From Escherichia coli (GTDB taxonomy: Bacteria > Pseudomonadota > Gammaproteobacteria > Enterobacterales > Enterobacteriaceae): 64,000 nt of DNA. A program made the translations under genes and the position numbers. The notes under the pieces are model-generated. The model was not told the origin of the DNA and searched no databases. It saw only the letters and a list, made by a program, of their open reading frames with translations. Shown piece by piece: positions 61,070 through 64,000 of the stretch. Location of the stretch: assembly GCF_003334305.1 (NCBI RefSeq), contig NZ_QOWS01000008.1. One strand, given 5' to 3'. Within the stretch, counting starts at the first letter, position 1. Each line of letters starts with the position of its first letter.

Positions 61070-62692
61070 ATGCGCGTTAACAATGGTTTGACCCCGCAAG
61101 AACTCGAGGCTTATGGTATCAGTGACGTACATGATATCGTTTACAACCCAAGCTACGACCTGCTGTATCAGGAAGAGCTCGATCCGAGCCTGACAGGTTA
61201 TGAGCGCGGGGTGTTAACTAATCTGGGTGCCGTTGCCGTCGATACCGGGATCTTCACCGGTCGTTCACCAAAAGATAAGTATATCGTCCGTGACGATACC
61301 ACTCGCGATACTTTCTGGTGGGCAGACAAAGGCAAAGGTAAGAACGACAACAAACCTCTCTCTCCGGAAACCTGGCAGCATCTGAAAGGCCTGGTGACCA
61401 GGCAGCTTTCCGGCAAACGTCTGTTCGTTGTCGACGCTTTCTGTGGTGCGAACCCGGATACTCGTCTTTCCGTCCGTTTCATCACCGAAGTGGCCTGGCA
61501 GGCGCATTTTGTCAAAAACATGTTTATTCGCCCGAGCGATGAAGAGCTGGCAGGTTTCAAACCAGACTTTATCGTTATGAACGGCGCGAAGTGCACTAAC
61601 CCGCAGTGGAAAGAACAGGGTCTGAACTCCGAAAACTTCGTGGCGTTTAACCTGACCGAGCGCATGCAGCTGATTGGCGGCACCTGGTACGGCGGCGAAA
61701 TGAAGAAAGGGATGTTCTCGATGATGAACTACCTGCTGCCGCTGAAAGGTATCGCTTCTATGCACTGCTCCGCCAACGTTGGTGAGAAAGGCGATGTTGC
61801 GGTGTTCTTCGGCCTTTCCGGCACCGGTAAAACCACCCTTTCCACCGACCCGAAACGTCGCCTGATTGGCGATGACGAACACGGCTGGGACGATGACGGC
61901 GTGTTTAACTTCGAAGGCGGCTGCTACGCAAAAACTATCAAGCTGTCGAAAGAAGCGGAACCTGAAATCTACAACGCTATCCGTCGTGATGCGTTGCTGG
62001 AAAACGTCACCGTGCGTGAAGATGGCACTATCGACTTTGATGATGGTTCAAAAACCGAGAACACCCGCGTTTCTTATCCGATCTATCACATCGATAACAT
62101 CGTTAAGCCGGTTTCCAAAGCGGGTCACGCAACGAAAGTTATCTTCCTGACCGCAGACGCCTTTGGTGTGCTGCCGCCGGTTTCTCGTCTGACTGCCGAT
62201 CAAACCCAGTACCACTTCCTCTCTGGCTTCACCGCCAAACTGGCCGGTACTGAGCGTGGCATCACCGAACCGACACCAACCTTCTCCGCTTGCTTCGGCG
62301 CGGCGTTCCTGTCGCTGCACCCAACTCAGTACGCAGAAGTGCTGGTAAAACGTATGCAAGCGGCAGGTGCGCAGGCGTATCTGGTTAACACCGGCTGGAA
62401 CGGCACTGGAAAACGTATCTCGATTAAAGATACCCGCGCTATTATCGACGCCATCCTCAACGGTTCGCTGGATAACGCAGAAACTTTCACTCTGCCGATG
62501 TTTAACCTGGCGATCCCAACCGAACTGCCGGGCGTAGACACGAAGATTCTCGATCCGCGTAACACCTACGCTTCCCCGGAACAGTGGCAGGAAAAAGCCG
62601 AAACCCTGGCGAAACTGTTTATCGACAACTTTGATAAATACACCGACACCCCTGCGGGTGCTGCGCTGGTAGCGGCAGGTCCGAAGCTGTAA
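61070..62692 (+). CDS. pckA: Phosphoenolpyruvate carboxykinase (ATP)
   Basis: Conserved start [36 protein letters not shown] (540 aa), preceded by AAGGAG; kinase P-loop [11 protein letters not shown]. The ORF track adds 23 unsupported upstream codons. Confidence 0.97.
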   Translation: MRVNNGLTPQELEAYGISDVHDIVYNPSYDLLYQEELDPSLTGYERGVLTNLGAVAVDTGIFTGRSPKDKYIVRDDTTRDTFWWADKGKGKNDNKPLSPETWQHLKGLVTRQLSGKRLFVVDAFCGANPDTRLSVRFITEVAWQAHFVKNMFIRPSDEELAGFKPDFIVMNGAKCTNPQWKEQGLNSENFVAFNLTERMQLIGGTWYGGEMKKGMFSMMNYLLPLKGIASMHCSANVGEKGDVAVFFGLSGTGKTTLSTDPKRRLIGDDEHGWDDDGVFNFEGGCYAKTIKLSKEAEPEIYNAIRRDALLENVTVREDGTIDFDDGSKTENTRVSYPIYHIDNIVKPVSKAGHATKVIFLTADAFGVLPPVSRLTADQTQYHFLSGFTAKLAGTERGITEPTPTFSACFGAAFLSLHPTQYAEVLVKRMQAAGAQAYLVNTGWNGTGKRISIKDTRAIIDAILNGSLDNAETFTLPMFNLAIPTELPGVDTKILDPRNTYASPEQWQEKAETLAKLFIDNFDKYTDTPAGAALVAAGPKL

Positions 62693-62711
62693 TCAGCTGA
62701 TATCTCATTGA

Positions 62712-62742
62712 CCCCTTATCCAAACGGATAAGGGGTTTTTTT
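62712..62742 (+). terminator. Intrinsic terminator of pckA
   Basis: ccccttatcc-aaac-ggataagggg followed by ttttttt: a perfect 10-bp stem with a 7-T run. Confidence 0.9.
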
Positions 62743-62764
62743 ATATCTGATTAGCTATCAATAT

Positions 62765-62784
62765 GTACACGGTACACTTATAAT
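62765..62784 (+). promoter_or_regulatory. Putative promoter/operator of the toxin-antitoxin pair
   Basis: Tandem hexamers GTACAC-G-GTACAC abut a perfect TATAAT (62779-62784), 25 bp upstream of the toxin ATG; AGGA RBS at 62798-62801. No strong -35. Confidence 0.4.
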
Positions 62785-62808
62785 AATCAATAGACCGCAG
62801 GATGCATT

Positions 62809-63126
62809 ATGTTCACCTTTATTGAACTACAAGGATTTAGCAAACGCCGCCAGTTATTGTTACCTGATGATGAGTTCCGGGCTTTTCAGGAACTACTCAT
62901 TCAAGATCCCACTGCCGGTGACATTATCGCAGGCACAGGCAGTTTTAGAAAAATTCGCTGGAACCGTTCTGGAATGGGGAAACGGGGTGGCATTCGGATA
63001 ATTTATTACAACGTAACACGCAATGGCCGAATTTATCTGGCGTTGATTTATCCTAAAAATGAACAGGATGATTTAACAGAAGAACAAAGAAAGGCATTGA
63101 AACTATTGTCAGAGAAGCTGCTTTAA
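62809..63126 (+). CDS. RelE/ParE-superfamily toxin of the HigB-2 type (toxin-first TA module)
   Basis: 105-aa ORF MFTFIELQGFSKRRQLLLPDDEFRAFQELLIQDPTAGDIIAGTGSFRKIRWNRSGMGKRGGIRIIYYNVTRNGRIYLALIYPKNEQDDLTEEQRKALKLLSEKLL. The blocks G-GxxRKIR, GKRGG-RIIYY and YLLxIYxKNE--DL match my recollection of Vibrio HigB-2-like toxins. Lies upstream of an HTH antitoxin; GC about 40%. Confidence 0.75.
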   Translation: MFTFIELQGFSKRRQLLLPDDEFRAFQELLIQDPTAGDIIAGTGSFRKIRWNRSGMGKRGGIRIIYYNVTRNGRIYLALIYPKNEQDDLTEEQRKALKLLSEKLL

Positions 63127-63184
63127 TGTTGAAGCTCCACAAATTCCACCATGGTCGAAATGCCAACGGAGACATTGAAAACAG

Positions 63185-63481
63185 ATGAAAGATGAATTAT
63201 TTGCTGATCTTCTTGCCAGCGCAGAAGAAATGGTACGCATCGAAAAGGGTGAAGAAACGCCTGAACCAGAGCACGTCCATACTTTTAGCGAGATCGATGT
63301 AAAAGCGATCCGTGAAGCAACGGGTTTACGTCAGCAAGATTTTGCTGTCGCCGTAGGGGTAAGTTATGACCTGGTCAAAAGCTGGGAAACCAAACGCCGT
63401 CAGCCTACCGGAGCACCTCGAAAATTGCTCCTGCTTTTGCAAGCGAATCCTTTCATTATCAATCAATTGAAAACAATCTAA
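63185..63481 (+). CDS. XRE-family HTH antitoxin (HigA-2-like)
   Basis: 98-aa ORF MKDELFADLLASAEEMVRIEKGEETPEPEHVHTFSEIDVKAIREATGLRQQDFAVAVGVSYDLVKSWETKRRQPTGAPRKLLLLLQANPFIINQLKTI; HTH signature in LRQQDFAVAVGVSYDLVKSWE; 58 bp downstream of the toxin gene. Confidence 0.75.
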   Translation: MKDELFADLLASAEEMVRIEKGEETPEPEHVHTFSEIDVKAIREATGLRQQDFAVAVGVSYDLVKSWETKRRQPTGAPRKLLLLLQANPFIINQLKTI

Positions 63482-63484
63482 AAA

Positions 63485-63514
63485 CGGGAGACACCTTCGC
63501 CTCCCGTTTTATTT
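63485..63514. terminator. Bidirectional terminator-like hairpin between the antitoxin gene and convergent envZ
   Basis: cgggag-(10 nt loop)-ctcccg flanked by aaaa upstream and ttttattt downstream. Confidence 0.55.
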
Positions 63515-64000
63515 ACCCTTCTTTTGTCGTGCCCTGCGCCCGCGTTACCGGCACTGGCAGCCAGGCGCGAATGGAAAGCCCGCCCCGCTCGCTGGTGCCA
63601 AGCTCCAGCATCCCGTTATGGTTATCCACGATACGCTGCACAATTGCCAGCCCTAATCCCGTGCCGCTAATGGTGCGCGCACTGTCGCCGCGGACAAACG
63701 GCTGGAACAGGTGCTTACGTTGTTCCGGCGCAATTCCCGGACCGTCATCTTCCACCTGGAACCAGGCGCGATTCGGCTCCGTTCCGCTGCTGACTTTGAT
63801 CCAGCCATTGCCATAACGGGCGGCGTTGACCACCATATTCGCCACCGCGCGTTTGATCGACAGCGGGTGCATTTTCACTTCAATGCTGCCGGGGTAAAGC
63901 GCGGTTTCAATTTCCCGCTCATAGCCACTTTCGGCAGCAATCACCTCACCGAGTACTGCATTAAGATCCGCCATTTCCATCGGCATCTCCTGCCCGGTGC
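63513..64000 (-). CDS. envZ: Osmolarity sensor histidine kinase EnvZ, C-terminal part (CDS continues past the window end)
   Basis: Reverse-strand ORF ending ...GTGLGLAIVQRIVDNHNGMLELGTSERGGLSIRAWLPVPVTRAQGTTKEG (HATPase_c G2 box and the EnvZ C-terminus). Confidence 0.93.
   Translation of the reverse strand, partial: TGQEMPMEMADLNAVLGEVIAAESGYEREIETALYPGSIEVKMHPLSIKRAVANMVVNAARYGNGWIKVSSGTEPNRAWFQVEDDGPGIAPEQRKHLFQPFVRGDSARTISGTGLGLAIVQRIVDNHNGMLELGTSERGGLSIRAWLPVPVTRAQGTTKEG

Overview
This window is an Escherichia coli-type chromosomal segment that runs from the start of tufA through the str operon (fusA, rpsG, rpsL) to the 3' end of envZ. Almost every ORF of 60 aa or more that lies outside the shadow of a larger gene is a recognisable core enterobacterial gene: tusBCD-yheO, fkpA, slyX, slyD, kefGB, yheSTU, prkB, crp, argD, pabA, fic, ppiA, tsgA, nirBDC-cysG, frlABCDR, the yhfS-yhfZ cluster, trpS, gph, rpe, dam, damX, aroBK, hofMNOPQ, mrcA, nudE, igaA, hslRO, pckA. 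Gene identities come from reading the translated ORFs against remembered protein sequences; no database search was possible. Three things depart from the K-12-like layout I remember. First, a low-GC insert of about 0.75 kb between pckA and envZ carries a toxin-first RelE/ParE-superfamily (HigB-2-like) toxin and an XRE-HTH antitoxin. Second, php has lost most of its body to an internal deletion, and the remaining 58 codons read in frame through the old php stop into yhfU, giving a 186-aa chimeric ORF. Third, rpsG is the short 156-aa form, which marks a non-K-12 lineage. Smaller observations include identical 43-bp palindromic repeats bracketing the yhfS-yhfZ cluster, REP elements, the nirB FNR and NarL sites, several intrinsic terminators, and a duplicated motif in the nudE/igaA divergent region. 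I found no rRNA, tRNA, CRISPR array, IS element or prophage gene. Nothing here looks like a wholly new multi-gene system; the toxin-antitoxin insert and the php-yhfU fusion are the most unusual features.
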